From a virus: 64,000 bases of DNA. A model generated the notes under the pieces. It worked only from the letters and a program-made list of their open reading frames with translations, was not told where the DNA came from and did no database searches. The DNA lies in the IMG/VR virus record IMGVR_UViG_3300037309_000121; one strand, 5' to 3'. Positions 53,332 to 62,890 of this stretch are shown piece after piece (the first letter of the stretch is position 1; each line of letters starts with the position of its first letter). The position numbers and the translations under genes were made by a program.

Positions 53332-55757
53332 GCACTGTCGCACCCAGCTACCCAGATTCGCTAGCCTTCCTCGAGCAGTGGCTCCCGGGAGGACCGTGGC
53401 TGCTCACAGCCATCGGCCTGGACAAGACGGGCATCGAGACCCGCGCGTTCAGGGCCGCCCAGAAGGACGAGCTCCTCGAGTGGCTGGAGCAGCAGGGCGC
53501 TCACCGCAACATCTACTTCAGCGTCAACACGTGCTTCCCCGAGTACCTCGCGAGAGCTGACGGGAATCGGTCGAAGAAGACCGAGGCTACCGACATCCAG
53601 CGGATGGTCTGCCTGCACGTCGACCTCGACCCGCGCGAGGGCGAGGACCGGACGAAGGAGCAGGAGCGGATCAAGGCTCGCCTGACGAGCAACCTCCCGC
53701 AGGGGGTGCCACCACCCTCGCTCTTGGTGTTCTCGGGCGGCGGGTACCAGGGCTTCTGGCTGCTGAGGGAGCCCGTCGTCCTCGATGGCAGCAAGCCGAT
53801 GGCGGAGGATGCCAAGCGGTGGAACCTCCAGATGGAGGTGCTCTTCGGAGCTGACCACTGCCACAACATCGACCGCATCATGCGGCTGCCGGGCACGGTC
53901 AACCGTCCCGACGCGAAGAAGAAGGCGAAGGGCCGAGTCGAGGCGCTGGCCGAGGTCGTCGAGTGGCACGCCGACCGCGTGTACGAGATCGGCCAGTTCA
54001 CCAAGGCACCAGAGGTACAGACCCCGGGTGGCGGAGACGCTAGCACCTCGGGCGTCGCCCAGCGGGTGAAGGTCAGCGGCAACGTCAAGCGGTACAACGG
54101 CGACATCGACGCGGTCCCCGGGGCTGACAAGCTCCCGGGCAAGGCTCGCGTCGTCATCGTGCAGGGCCTAGACCCGGACGAGCCGCACAAGTTCGGCAAC
54201 AGCCGGAGCGAGTGGCTCCTGTTCGCCTGCTGCGCCATGGTCCGGGCCGGGTTCGACGACGACACGATGTACGCCGTCATCACCGACCCGCGGTTCGGCA
54301 TCAGCGCCTCTGTCCTCGACAAGGGCAGCGCAACCGAGAAGTACGCGATCCGTCAGATCGAGCGGGCCAAGGAAGAGGCGGTCGACCCGTGGCTCAGGAA
54401 GCTGAACGAGAAGCACGCGGTCATCCGCAACTGGGCTGGCAAGACCCGCATCATCGAGGAGGTCTGGGATCCGATCCTCAGCCGCCACAAGGTGACGCGG
54501 ATGTCCTTCGACGACTTCCGCAACGGCTACATGCACGAGCAGGTTCAGATCGGCCAGACCGACAAGGGCGTGCCCATCACCAAGCCGGTGGGGCAGTGGT
54601 GGCTCCAGAACAACCAGCGGAGACAGTACGAAACCCTCGTGTTCGCTCCTGGGAAGGAGGTGCCCGGCGCATATAACCTCTGGCGCGGGTTCGCGTGCGA
54701 GGCGAGGCCGGGCGACTGCGGCAAGTTCCTGCACCACCTCGAGCACATCCTGTGCCGCGGCGTGAAGGAACACTACGACTACCTCATCGGCTGGATGGCC
54801 CGCTGCGTCCAGCAGCCCGCCAGCCCGGGTTACTCTGCCGTCGTGATGCGGGGCGGCATGGGCACCGGCAAGAGCTACGTCGCGAAGATGTTCGGCTCGC
54901 TGTTCGGTCGCCACTACATGTCTGTCACAGACCCGAAGCACCTCGTGGGAGCGTTCAATGCGCACCTCCGCGACTGCGTCCTCCTCCTGGGCGAGGAGGC
55001 GTTCTACGCTGGCGACAAGAAGCACGAGTCCATCCTGAAGATGCTGATCACCGAGGAGCTGATCACCATTGAGGCGAAGGGCGTCGACGCAGAGGCGAGC
55101 GGCAACTGCGTCCACCTGATGATGGCCTCGAACGAGGACTGGGTTGTGCCGACGAGCTTCGACGACCGCCGGTTCTTCGTCCTCGACATCAGCGAAGACC
55201 GGAAGGAAGACCACGCCTACTTCCAGGAGATCACAGAGCAGATGGACCGGGGCGGCCGCGAGGCGCTGCTGTACTTCCTGCTGAACTACGACCTGAAGGG
55301 ATTCAACGTGCGGAAGGTGCCGAAGACGCAAGGGCTGCAGCAGCAGAAGCTGCTCTCGATGGATCCGATGGAAGCATGGTGGTACGAGAAGCTCCAGAAC
55401 GGCAAGCTCCTCGTGGAGCACGACAGCTGGCGGCCCGAGCTCGCCTGCCAGGACCTCCAGACGGATTTCTACGAGCACTGCAGGCAGCTCAACATCGCAC
55501 GCCGAGGCGACAACACCAGGCTCGGAGAAGCGATCAAGAGATTCTGTCCCGTCGATACCCTGAAGGTGACGCAGGGTCGCTCGCCGGTCGAAGTCACAAT
55601 GCCCGGTGGGCAGCGGAAGCTGATCAGCCGCCCGTACTACTACAAGTTCCCATCCCTCGAGGAATGTCGAGACTGGTGGGACAGGAGGTTTGGAGGTCCC
55701 TACCAGTGGCGCAAGGCGGAGGACGGGGAGCCGAAGAAGGAGGAGGTTCCGTTCTGA
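53328..55757 (+). CDS. Primase-helicase (RepB-like primase + SF3/DUF5906 helicase)
   Basis: IYFSVN, LHVDLD, SGGGYQGFW, RIMRLPGT; GGMGTGKS, LLLGEEA, DRRFFVL. Confidence 0.88.
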   Translation: MSTVAPSYPDSLAFLEQWLPGGPWLLTAIGLDKTGIETRAFRAAQKDELLEWLEQQGAHRNIYFSVNTCFPEYLARADGNRSKKTEATDIQRMVCLHVDLDPREGEDRTKEQERIKARLTSNLPQGVPPPSLLVFSGGGYQGFWLLREPVVLDGSKPMAEDAKRWNLQMEVLFGADHCHNIDRIMRLPGTVNRPDAKKKAKGRVEALAEVVEWHADRVYEIGQFTKAPEVQTPGGGDASTSGVAQRVKVSGNVKRYNGDIDAVPGADKLPGKARVVIVQGLDPDEPHKFGNSRSEWLLFACCAMVRAGFDDDTMYAVITDPRFGISASVLDKGSATEKYAIRQIERAKEEAVDPWLRKLNEKHAVIRNWAGKTRIIEEVWDPILSRHKVTRMSFDDFRNGYMHEQVQIGQTDKGVPITKPVGQWWLQNNQRRQYETLVFAPGKEVPGAYNLWRGFACEARPGDCGKFLHHLEHILCRGVKEHYDYLIGWMARCVQQPASPGYSAVVMRGGMGTGKSYVAKMFGSLFGRHYMSVTDPKHLVGAFNAHLRDCVLLLGEEAFYAGDKKHESILKMLITEELITIEAKGVDAEASGNCVHLMMASNEDWVVPTSFDDRRFFVLDISEDRKEDHAYFQEITEQMDRGGREALLYFLLNYDLKGFNVRKVPKTQGLQQQKLLSMDPMEAWWYEKLQNGKLLVEHDSWRPELACQDLQTDFYEHCRQLNIARRGDNTRLGEAIKRFCPVDTLKVTQGRSPVEVTMPGGQRKLISRPYYYKFPSLEECRDWWDRRFGGPYQWRKAEDGEPKKEEVPF

Positions 55758-56137
55758 TGCGCCTGCTCGTCTGCGGCGGTCGAGACTTCTCTGACGCAGC
55801 TCTCCTCGAGAGAACCCTCGACGCAATTCACTCGGAGACTCCTGTGACAGTTCTCGTCCACGGCGCTGCGAGGGGAGCCGACACGCTCGCGGCCCAGTGG
55901 GCGAAGAGCAGGGGCGTCGAGGCGCTCGCCTTCCCGGCCGACTGGGAGCGGGACGGGAAGGCTGCCGGTCACCTCCGGAACGCCCGCATGCTGGAGGAGG
56001 GACGACCGGACGCGATCCTGGTTTTCCCCGGAGGGCGCGGGACCGCCGACATGGTGGCGAGGTCCAGGCGGGCCGGGCTCCCCGTCTCCGGGCCCGGGGC
56101 TCCTCCACCCGCTCCAAGCGAACCCGAGCTCTTCTAG
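55757..56137 (+). CDS. SLOG/YspA-like (DUF2493) protein
   Basis: LVCGGRDF, HGAARGAD, GKAAGHLRN, FPGGRGTADM. Confidence 0.85.
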   Translation: MRLLVCGGRDFSDAALLERTLDAIHSETPVTVLVHGAARGADTLAAQWAKSRGVEALAFPADWERDGKAAGHLRNARMLEEGRPDAILVFPGGRGTADMVARSRRAGLPVSGPGAPPPAPSEPELF

Positions 56138-56146
56138 CGATCCGGC

Positions 56147-56174
56147 TTGCTCTCTCGCGAATCTGCTGTATGAT
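56147..56174 (+). promoter_or_regulatory. Sigma70-like promoter
   Basis: TTGCTC-N16-TATGAT upstream of DUF932 gene. Confidence 0.6.
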
Positions 56175-56223
56175 TCTTGCAGAGGAGACGATTGTGTCTC
56201 CCGACACAGGAGGGATCAGCGAA

Positions 56224-57258
56224 ATGGCTCACGAGATCACAGCGAAGGACGTGTTCGGCGAAGTTCGAGCGCGCGGCGAGCGGGCCTGGCACGGCCTGGG
56301 CGTCGAGATGCCCCCGGGCCTCGGTGCCTGGGAGGGCTTCCAGCGGATCGGCCTCGACTGGGAGACCGACCTTCTCCCCATGCAGGCGGTCCTCCCAGAG
56401 GGCGGCGTGATTGCGGCAAACGACGTCAAGATGCACGTCCGCAAAGACACCCGCGACTTCCTGGGCACGGTCAGCTCCGGCTACCGCCCCATCAGCAACC
56501 GCCGACTGGCCGAGTGGATGGACGAGCTCTGCGGCGCTGATGCTGCGGTCCAGCTCGAGACCGCTGGCTCCCTCCGCGGCGGCCGCCGGGTGTTCTGCTC
56601 GGTCAAGCTCCCGAAGACGATCGAGGTCGTGAACGACGACATCCTCGAGCTCTACATCATCGGCTCCAACGCCCACGACGGCTCCGCCCGCTTCAACACA
56701 TACGGGAGCAGCATCCGCCCCGTGTGCGCCAACACGCTCGGCTTCTCGGAGCGCGACCTGCACCGTGGCGTGTCCTTCCAGCACACTGGTGACGTCGACA
56801 TCAAGATCGAGAAGGCCCGCGCCGCGCTGGGCATCGTCCTGAAGGAAGCCGATCGGTACGAGACCGAGTGCCAGTCGCTCGTCCGCCTGAACCTCAACAA
56901 GGAGCAGATCTCCGCCTACTTCGAGGCGGTGTACGACAAGACGTTTGGGGTGATCCACGACAGCCTGCCCAAGGAAGAGCAGGAACGCCGGGCCGAGCAC
57001 AAGAAGAAGACGCTGGCCCAGTGGGTGCTCCTGATGGACGACGCGAAGCAGAACATCAAGGGCATCACCGGCACCGCGTGGGCTGCCTTCAACGCCTACT
57101 CGCAGTGGTCCGACCACGAGCGCGGCCGCTTCGGCGGGGTCGACGAGAGCGACGATCGCGTGCACTCGAACCTCTTCGGCGTCTCCGCCATCGGCAAGAA
57201 GAAAGCGTGGAGTCAGGCCCTGAGCCTGATCAACGGGAAGACGCTGGCGACCGCCTGA
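56224..57258 (+). CDS. DUF932 / TIGR03299 phage-plasmid protein
   Basis: AWHGLG, TAGSLRGGRRVF, NAHDGS, RPVCANTL, GTAWAAFNA. Confidence 0.88.
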   Translation: MAHEITAKDVFGEVRARGERAWHGLGVEMPPGLGAWEGFQRIGLDWETDLLPMQAVLPEGGVIAANDVKMHVRKDTRDFLGTVSSGYRPISNRRLAEWMDELCGADAAVQLETAGSLRGGRRVFCSVKLPKTIEVVNDDILELYIIGSNAHDGSARFNTYGSSIRPVCANTLGFSERDLHRGVSFQHTGDVDIKIEKARAALGIVLKEADRYETECQSLVRLNLNKEQISAYFEAVYDKTFGVIHDSLPKEEQERRAEHKKKTLAQWVLLMDDAKQNIKGITGTAWAAFNAYSQWSDHERGRFGGVDESDDRVHSNLFGVSAIGKKKAWSQALSLINGKTLATA

Positions 57259-57281
57259 ACGAGCTTGTCCTTCATGTGTGG

Positions 57282-57313
57282 AGAGGGGCGGTCGAATGCC
57301 GCCCCTCTTGTTT
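57282..57313 (+). terminator. Rho-independent terminator
   Basis: AGAGGGGCGG-TCGAATG-CCGCCCCTCT followed by TGTTT. Confidence 0.65.
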
Positions 57314-57485
57314 CCCGGGGACAGTTTGTCGCCTCGGGACGGCCAACGACCTGTGCCGCGGGAAGTGGGACGCAGAGCCCCCCCGTCGATAGAGTCGGCG
57401 GACCCTCCAGTCATCCTCTCCAGTGGATGATGCCCGAACGGGTCGATCTGGGAGAGCCGGAGCGGATGAAAGTTCGCTTCGGCTC

Positions 57486-57513
57486 TTGCCTTCTGCGAGA
57501 TGCAAGCAATGTT
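57486..57513 (+). promoter_or_regulatory. Sigma70-like promoter (weaker -10)
   Basis: TTGCCT-N16-AATGTT; shares CTTGCCTTCTGCGAG with the copy at 58151. Confidence 0.45.
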
Positions 57514-57530
57514 TGAGTGGGAAGCAGCCG

Positions 57531-57833
57531 ATGATCACGATACGTTCTTACACTAACGCAATCTTCTCCCGCCTGAGCAAGGTATCCCAAATCGCCGTGC
57601 TGGAGATTGAAAACAAAGAGGAGGAGCTTTGCCGATTAGGGCAGTGCCCCGACAAGCTGCTGCTCCAGGGCCCGAGAATCTCGAGCAACGATCCCGGCCC
57701 GATCCAGTGCACGAAGTGTGGGTCGCGATACACGGTCGCATGCGACGAGTTCCACTCGCACAGCCGAGAGTGCCTGCACCGAATCTCTACCGGATCAGAA
57801 GCATCCGCAAAGATCTTGGAGGAGTCCAGGTGA
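57531..57833 (+). CDS. Cys/His-rich hypothetical protein
   Basis: CTKCG motif; GTGA coupled to next gene. Confidence 0.5.
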   Translation: MITIRSYTNAIFSRLSKVSQIAVLEIENKEEELCRLGQCPDKLLLQGPRISSNDPGPIQCTKCGSRYTVACDEFHSHSRECLHRISTGSEASAKILEESR

Positions 57834-58117
57834 CCAAGAAGCCCACCAAACTCTATCACGCCACGACACCATCCAAGGCTCGTCGCTACAAGGAGTCTGG
57901 GTGCATCCACGCTCCGGTCAGGGGATTCGACACGCTGCCAGCGGCGATGCTGTGGGCGATGAAGGTAGGCCGGACTGTGATCTACGAGTTCCCGGTTCGC
58001 GAGGAGCTCACACACAAGCTCCCAGACCACCACAACGTCTTCGGCAGCGCCTGGTGGAGCGAGGAAGATGTGCAGATGTCCGAAGTTACCTGCTCGTGCT
58101 CCGCCGAAGCGAGCTGA
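57830..58117 (+). CDS. Hypothetical protein with ART-fold-like LYHAT start
   Basis: KLYHATT...VRGFDT...VIYEF. Confidence 0.5.
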   Translation: MTKKPTKLYHATTPSKARRYKESGCIHAPVRGFDTLPAAMLWAMKVGRTVIYEFPVREELTHKLPDHHNVFGSAWWSEEDVQMSEVTCSCSAEAS

Positions 58118-58151
58118 AGAAGATTCGCGGGGATAAACCTCAGAAAACTAC

Positions 58152-58179
58152 TTGCCTTCTGCGAGCTGTGAGGCATACT
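58152..58179 (+). promoter_or_regulatory. Sigma70-like promoter
   Basis: TTGCCT-N16-CATACT upstream of AAGGAG RBS and ATG 58200. Confidence 0.65.
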
Positions 58180-58199
58180 TGAGGCGAAGGAGCTGACCC

Positions 58200-58481
58200 A
58201 TGAGCGAAGCCGAGCAGAACCCCGTAACCCCAGCGAGCAGCGAGCCTGCGGCGGCCAAGAAGATCCAGCTCAACAGCAAGACGCGGCGGGGCCTCGCCCT
58301 GATGCGGATGCTGCTGATGGCTGCCTCCGACCCGAACATGCCCCCGTACCAGACCCTCGTGGACCGCCTCAAGAAGCGGAACGAGGACGAGCTCAACCAG
58401 GCGCTCGCCTGGGTCGAGCAGAACGAGGACTGGGAGTCGGTCGAGAAGTGCTGGGAGATGATGAAGGAGAAGAAGTCGTGA
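58200..58481 (+). CDS. Hypothetical protein
   Basis: AAGGAG RBS, promoter directly upstream. Confidence 0.65.
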   Translation: MSEAEQNPVTPASSEPAAAKKIQLNSKTRRGLALMRMLLMAASDPNMPPYQTLVDRLKKRNEDELNQALAWVEQNEDWESVEKCWEMMKEKKS

Positions 58482-59194
58482 AGGGCGTCACCGTCGTCAG
58501 CGAGCGGGAGATCACCATCCGCATCCGGGACGAGCGGCGTCGCCAGTACACGCTCGAGGACCGACCGGGCGTCTTCGCCCTCCAGTCCCAGCGCTGGTGG
58601 AGGAAGGGCAAGCGGCCGAAGCGGGACAGCATGCGGCAGAAGTGCTACGACGCCGAAACCGAGGTGCGTCCGCAGATGAGTAACCGCAAGTTCGAGAACC
58701 TGGAGGACGCGGCTGCATACCTCCGCGACACCATGGAGACGGACTGGTTCCAGCGGCGCTGGCCGAAGTTCGTGGAGCTCAGGATCAGGTACAGCCCGCA
58801 GACCGTCGGAGCGCACGCCTCGCCCAACCGGTCGAACGTGTACTACCTCCGGGAGCCAGACGCCAGGCTGCCCGTCGCCGTCACGCTGCCCACCGCCGGG
58901 CGGATCACCGCCGGTCCCTGGGCAGTGCCGCGGGAGGAGGTCTGGCTGCACGAGCTCGCCCACTGCATCATCCCGGGCGGCCATCAACACGACCGCCTCT
59001 GGGTCAGGACGTTCCTCGAGCTCGTCCGGCTCCGCATGGGCCGAGAAACCCACGACCTGCTGCGGGACGCCTTCCGAAGGAAGCGGGTGAAGTTTGCTCC
59101 CTACCGGCAAGTGCAGCCGACGGAAGAGATGCTGGAGAAGCTCGCCGCCTGCCGCCCAGCCGCGATGGCTAGAGTTCGAGGGGCCCGAGCTTGA
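58478..59194 (+). CDS. SprT-like HExxH metallohydrolase
   Basis: VWLHELAHC...HQHDRLWVRTFLELV. Confidence 0.65.
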   Translation: MKGVTVVSEREITIRIRDERRRQYTLEDRPGVFALQSQRWWRKGKRPKRDSMRQKCYDAETEVRPQMSNRKFENLEDAAAYLRDTMETDWFQRRWPKFVELRIRYSPQTVGAHASPNRSNVYYLREPDARLPVAVTLPTAGRITAGPWAVPREEVWLHELAHCIIPGGHQHDRLWVRTFLELVRLRMGRETHDLLRDAFRRKRVKFAPYRQVQPTEEMLEKLAACRPAAMARVRGARA

Positions 59195-59526
59195 GCAGCA
59201 AGAAGAACCAACAAGTTCGCCTGGAGCCGTGCGACCTACCGCCCGCCGAGGAGAAGCCGAAGGTCTTCTCCATCCAGCGCAGGGATGGAGAAGTTGTCTG
59301 CTGCTGGCTCTGCGAGCAGCGAGTCGCCACGAAACCCTTCGCCAGCTTGTCGCGGGAGGACGAGGGTCTCGGCGAAGTTGACCTGTGCCAGGTGTGCTCA
59401 GGACTCGACCACGTCCGCGCCGCATTCCTGCCAAGCCGGTATCCTCACCTGAATCTCCTGCGAGACCTGATGAAGGCCACGCGGGCCATCGTCCGTCAGG
59501 AACTGCTGCGAGGGAGAGCAACATGA
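59191..59526 (+). CDS. Hypothetical protein (CxxC pairs)
   Basis: CWLC and CQVC; coupled both sides. Confidence 0.55.
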   Translation: MSSKKNQQVRLEPCDLPPAEEKPKVFSIQRRDGEVVCCWLCEQRVATKPFASLSREDEGLGEVDLCQVCSGLDHVRAAFLPSRYPHLNLLRDLMKATRAIVRQELLRGRAT

Positions 59527-59924
59527 GGCTGAGTTCCGAACAGAAACGCGGGCTGGACGCCTGGCTCGAGAAGAACGTGCACGCGATCCGCGAGCTCGAC
59601 CTGGAGGTGTCAGAGGTCGTCTTGATGGCGTCGCAAGACCTCGGGTTCCAGCTGACCCAGGGACTGATCTGCCACCGGATCGGCCCGAACCGGAAGATTC
59701 GACACATGTGGCCGGGATCGGAGGGGATGCTCAAGTCGCTGAGCGGCCAGACCGCAGCGAGGTCTCAGGTGATGGTCGCCATGCTCGAGAAGATCAGATC
59801 GGAGATCGGGGTAGATCCAGTCGACGGCTGGGAGGAGGTCATCGCGTGGGCCACATCCCGCTCGTCCCCAGGTGCGGTCGATGCTACTGGGTCCAGCTCC
59901 CCTCCTGCAGGTGCGAGGTCCTGA
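59523..59924 (+). CDS. Hypothetical protein
   Basis: ATGA coupled; GGAG RBS. Confidence 0.55.
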   Translation: MRLSSEQKRGLDAWLEKNVHAIRELDLEVSEVVLMASQDLGFQLTQGLICHRIGPNRKIRHMWPGSEGMLKSLSGQTAARSQVMVAMLEKIRSEIGVDPVDGWEEVIAWATSRSSPGAVDATGSSSPPAGARS

Positions 59925-59926
59925 AC

Positions 59927-60748
59927 ATGCAGACATCAATCGTCAAGTCCGCAGCACCGTTCGACTGCAAGCTCCTGCAGCACTCGATCCAAGTCGAGGG
60001 AGATCGGATCCCTGGGGTCGAGGAAGGGAGCGTGACTCTCGCCTTCGCCGACCCACCCTACAACATCGGCGTCGAGTACGCCGACGACAGCACCAGGGAC
60101 AGACGTCCACCCACCGACTACTTCCAGTGGTGCCAGACCGTCATCGAGGTCGTGGCGAGGACGCTCCGACCCGGGGGCACCTTCTGGTGGCTCTGCCCGG
60201 AGCAGCACGGCGACACGATCGGCCCGATGCTGGAGCGGGTCGTCGGGCCCCGGCTGTACAGAATCATCTGGCGAGAATCGTTCGCCCAGTACCAGCAGCA
60301 CTCCCTCACCGCCGACTACCGATTCCTCTTCTGCCACAGGAAGCGACCTGATGACGACCTCAAGCTCGTCACCTTCAACCCCGACGCGATCCGCGAGCCG
60401 AGCGTCAGGCAGGAGATGGGCGACAAGCGGGCTGACCCCCGCGGCCGGGTACCTGGCCAAGTGTGGGACATCCGGAGGCTCCAGGGCACTGCGAAGGATC
60501 GCGTCGACTGGCACCCGGCGCAGCTGCCCCCCGAGCTCCTGAAGCGAATCGTGCTCGGGTGGTCCAACCCCGGAGATTTGGTCTTGGACGCCTTCGCTGG
60601 ATCTGGAACCATGGGTCTAACGTGCAGGGCATACGATCGGAAGTGCATCCTGATCGACCAGTCGCCGACCTACCTCCAGAAGATCCGAGAGCGACTTGGG
60701 CTCGACCAGTCTACGTCGTCTGGGAGCTCCGGGACGGAGGGTTCCTGA
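59927..60748 (+). CDS. Beta-class N6-adenine DNA methyltransferase
   Basis: FADPPYNIG, HPAQLP, VLDAFAGSGT. Confidence 0.9.
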   Translation: MQTSIVKSAAPFDCKLLQHSIQVEGDRIPGVEEGSVTLAFADPPYNIGVEYADDSTRDRRPPTDYFQWCQTVIEVVARTLRPGGTFWWLCPEQHGDTIGPMLERVVGPRLYRIIWRESFAQYQQHSLTADYRFLFCHRKRPDDDLKLVTFNPDAIREPSVRQEMGDKRADPRGRVPGQVWDIRRLQGTAKDRVDWHPAQLPPELLKRIVLGWSNPGDLVLDAFAGSGTMGLTCRAYDRKCILIDQSPTYLQKIRERLGLDQSTSSGSSGTEGS

Positions 60749-60749
60749 T

Positions 60750-61256
60750 ATGCCCCGCTGGCGGTACATCCCAGATCGACTCGAGTTCGTGTGCGAGCAC
60801 GGCGTGGGACACCCCGCCACCTGGTCTCCAAATGGGGTTCACGGTTGCGACGGGTGCTGCTCCGTCGGTCAGTTTCCCGGTCGCGCCCCCTCCGTCGGCG
60901 ATCTTGCTCTCTGCGGGGCTGGCTCTCTTGGTGTTGTCACAGAAACTCAGAAGGTGCGAGTCACGTACCCGGACGGGACGACCGCTCTGGCGTGGGTGGG
61001 CCTCCACCTGAGCGGAGCTCTGAAGGGCACGAAGCCGGGCGACCCCTGGTCGAGCCGCAACCCCTGCATCGTCGGCAACCTCCTGCACCTGTCGACCAAG
61101 GTCGACCTCGACTGGGCAGACGACGTCTGGGTCTCGATCTCGGAGCAGCAGGTGGAGCAGTGGCCCCGCCTCTTCCCCAGGCAGTTCCCCTCGGAGCTTG
61201 CTCACCGAAGAGCAGTGAATCAAGTCATCACGGAAGCGATAGGGAGGATGCGGTGA
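60750..61256 (+). CDS. Hypothetical protein with N-terminal CEHGVGHP...HGCDGCC metal-binding motif
   Basis: GGAGG RBS, ATG 60750. Confidence 0.6.
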   Translation: MPRWRYIPDRLEFVCEHGVGHPATWSPNGVHGCDGCCSVGQFPGRAPSVGDLALCGAGSLGVVTETQKVRVTYPDGTTALAWVGLHLSGALKGTKPGDPWSSRNPCIVGNLLHLSTKVDLDWADDVWVSISEQQVEQWPRLFPRQFPSELAHRRAVNQVITEAIGRMR

Positions 61257-61702
61257 GGACAGATGCCGGAAGCTCGATCGACGAGAGGCAGAAGCTGCTC
61301 GCCTGCGCGAAGATCGCGTGGTTCTACCACGGCCCGAAGTCCGAAGAGCACTTGGGTCAGGTGTGGATTGTGATGATGAAGATCCTGGCCAAGTTCGATC
61401 CCAGCAAGAGCAGCCTCTCGACCTACTTGTCCAGGGCCTACCGCTTCTACCTGATCGACGAATACCGGAAGGCGGTGCGCGGCGGACACTCCTCGACGAT
61501 CGAGCTCTTCGAAGATTCAGCAACTTTCATCACGAGGACAGCAGAAGATCGCGAGATTCCAGAGGTCAAGGACGAGTGCCTCCAGCTCCTCGCCAGGGGC
61601 CTGAAGATCTCGGAGATATCGAGGTCGCTCCACATACCGGATGGCACGGTGAAGAGCAGGATCCACCGCGAGAAGATGAGGATTCTCTCTTCGAGATTTT
61701 AG
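61253..61702 (+). CDS. Sigma70/ECF-family RNA polymerase sigma factor
   Basis: Region 2 KFDPSKSSLSTYLSRAYRFYLIDEYRK; region 4 GLKISEISRSLHIPDGTVKSRIHR. Confidence 0.8.
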   Translation: MRTDAGSSIDERQKLLACAKIAWFYHGPKSEEHLGQVWIVMMKILAKFDPSKSSLSTYLSRAYRFYLIDEYRKAVRGGHSSTIELFEDSATFITRTAEDREIPEVKDECLQLLARGLKISEISRSLHIPDGTVKSRIHREKMRILSSRF

Positions 61703-61730
61703 TTGCCTTATCGCCGAAGAATCGTACACT
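61703..61730 (+). promoter_or_regulatory. Sigma70-like promoter
   Basis: TTGCCT-N16-TACACT right after sigma gene stop. Confidence 0.65.
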
Positions 61731-61804
61731 ACAGAAGCAGTCAAACGAGATCACCGAAAGAATCTCGCGCTCGCGTGACGTTTAGTCTCACAGGATCTCA
61801 CAGC

Positions 61805-62890
61805 ATGTACACCCTCCCCATCTCCCCGAAGTACGTCTCCCACTGGGGCCTCTGGCAGGCTGTCCGCGAGCTCATCCAGAACGCCTACGACCAGCGCGAC
61901 GCCGACTCAGCGTGCCAGGTCGAGGTGCGGCTGAACGCCCGCGGCACCCTCCGGATCTCCACGTCCACCGGCGAGCTCCCCGCGAGCTCGCTCCTCCTGG
62001 GCGAGACGACCAAGCAGGGCACGGGAGCCCGCGGCAAGTTCGGCGAGGGCTACAAGCTCGCCATGCTCGTCCTGTCTCGCATGGGGCACCGAGTCGAGGT
62101 CTACAACGGGAAACGCAAGTGGCTCCCGGTCATCCAGGCCGACCCGCGGTTCGGCTGCGACCTGCTAATCATCTACGAGGAGGATCTCGCCATGCCCGAG
62201 CAGGGCGTGTCGTTCCTCGTGCACGACGTCACGGAGGCCCAGTGGCAGGAGATCCAGCGGAACATCCGCGCCGACGGCGGCTGCGAGGAAGCGATCCTCG
62301 AGGATCCGGCGGAGAAGGGCCGGGTGTACGTCGGCGGCCTGTTCGTCTGCGAGGACAAGGACTTCCGGTTCGGCTACTCCCTCCGCGCCGGTGCCGTCCA
62401 GCTCGACCGCGACCGCGGCATGATCGACGGTTTCGACTTGTCGGTGCAGACCAGCAGGCTCTGGTCGGCGATGAAGAACGACCAGCGGGTGTACGACCTG
62501 ATCAAGGAAGACGCACCCGACGTCCGTTACGTGCAGAACGTCATCAGTTCCGGCAGCAGCGCCCCGGTGGTCGCTGTCGTGGCGGCCCGTTTCGTCGCCG
62601 AGCACGGCGCTGACACCATACCGGTGTCGAGTCAGGCAGAGGTGCAGCGAGCCCAGGCGGCGGGTGTCAAGTGGGCGCTCGTCCCGAGCCAGCTCAAGGA
62701 GCTGATCGGTCGCGTCCAGAGCATCTTCATCCCCAGCAGCGACGGCCCGCTCGCCCGCCTGCAGAAGTTCGTCGAGCAGTACCGCTGGTCGCTCACGACC
62801 GGTCAGAAGATCGAGCTCGACGACATCATCCGGGTCATGAGCGAGCAGCAGAGCAGCATGGCGGCCGTGGCTGCGGAGGTCGGAGCTTGA
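61805..62890 (+). CDS. GHKL (Hsp90/sacsin-like) ATPase-domain protein
   Basis: AVRELIQNAYD, LLLGETTK, GKFGEGYKLA. Confidence 0.8.
   Translation: MYTLPISPKYVSHWGLWQAVRELIQNAYDQRDADSACQVEVRLNARGTLRISTSTGELPASSLLLGETTKQGTGARGKFGEGYKLAMLVLSRMGHRVEVYNGKRKWLPVIQADPRFGCDLLIIYEEDLAMPEQGVSFLVHDVTEAQWQEIQRNIRADGGCEEAILEDPAEKGRVYVGGLFVCEDKDFRFGYSLRAGAVQLDRDRGMIDGFDLSVQTSRLWSAMKNDQRVYDLIKEDAPDVRYVQNVISSGSSAPVVAVVAARFVAEHGADTIPVSSQAEVQRAQAAGVKWALVPSQLKELIGRVQSIFIPSSDGPLARLQKFVEQYRWSLTTGQKIELDDIIRVMSEQQSSMAAVAAEVGA

Noticed and set aside
33411-56207. Long minus-strand ORFs (33411-35483, 38229-40103, 49390-51240, 54168-56207 and similar elsewhere)
   Set aside because: Antisense shadows of high-GC-third-position genes with clear motifs on the + strand; no RBS or family motifs
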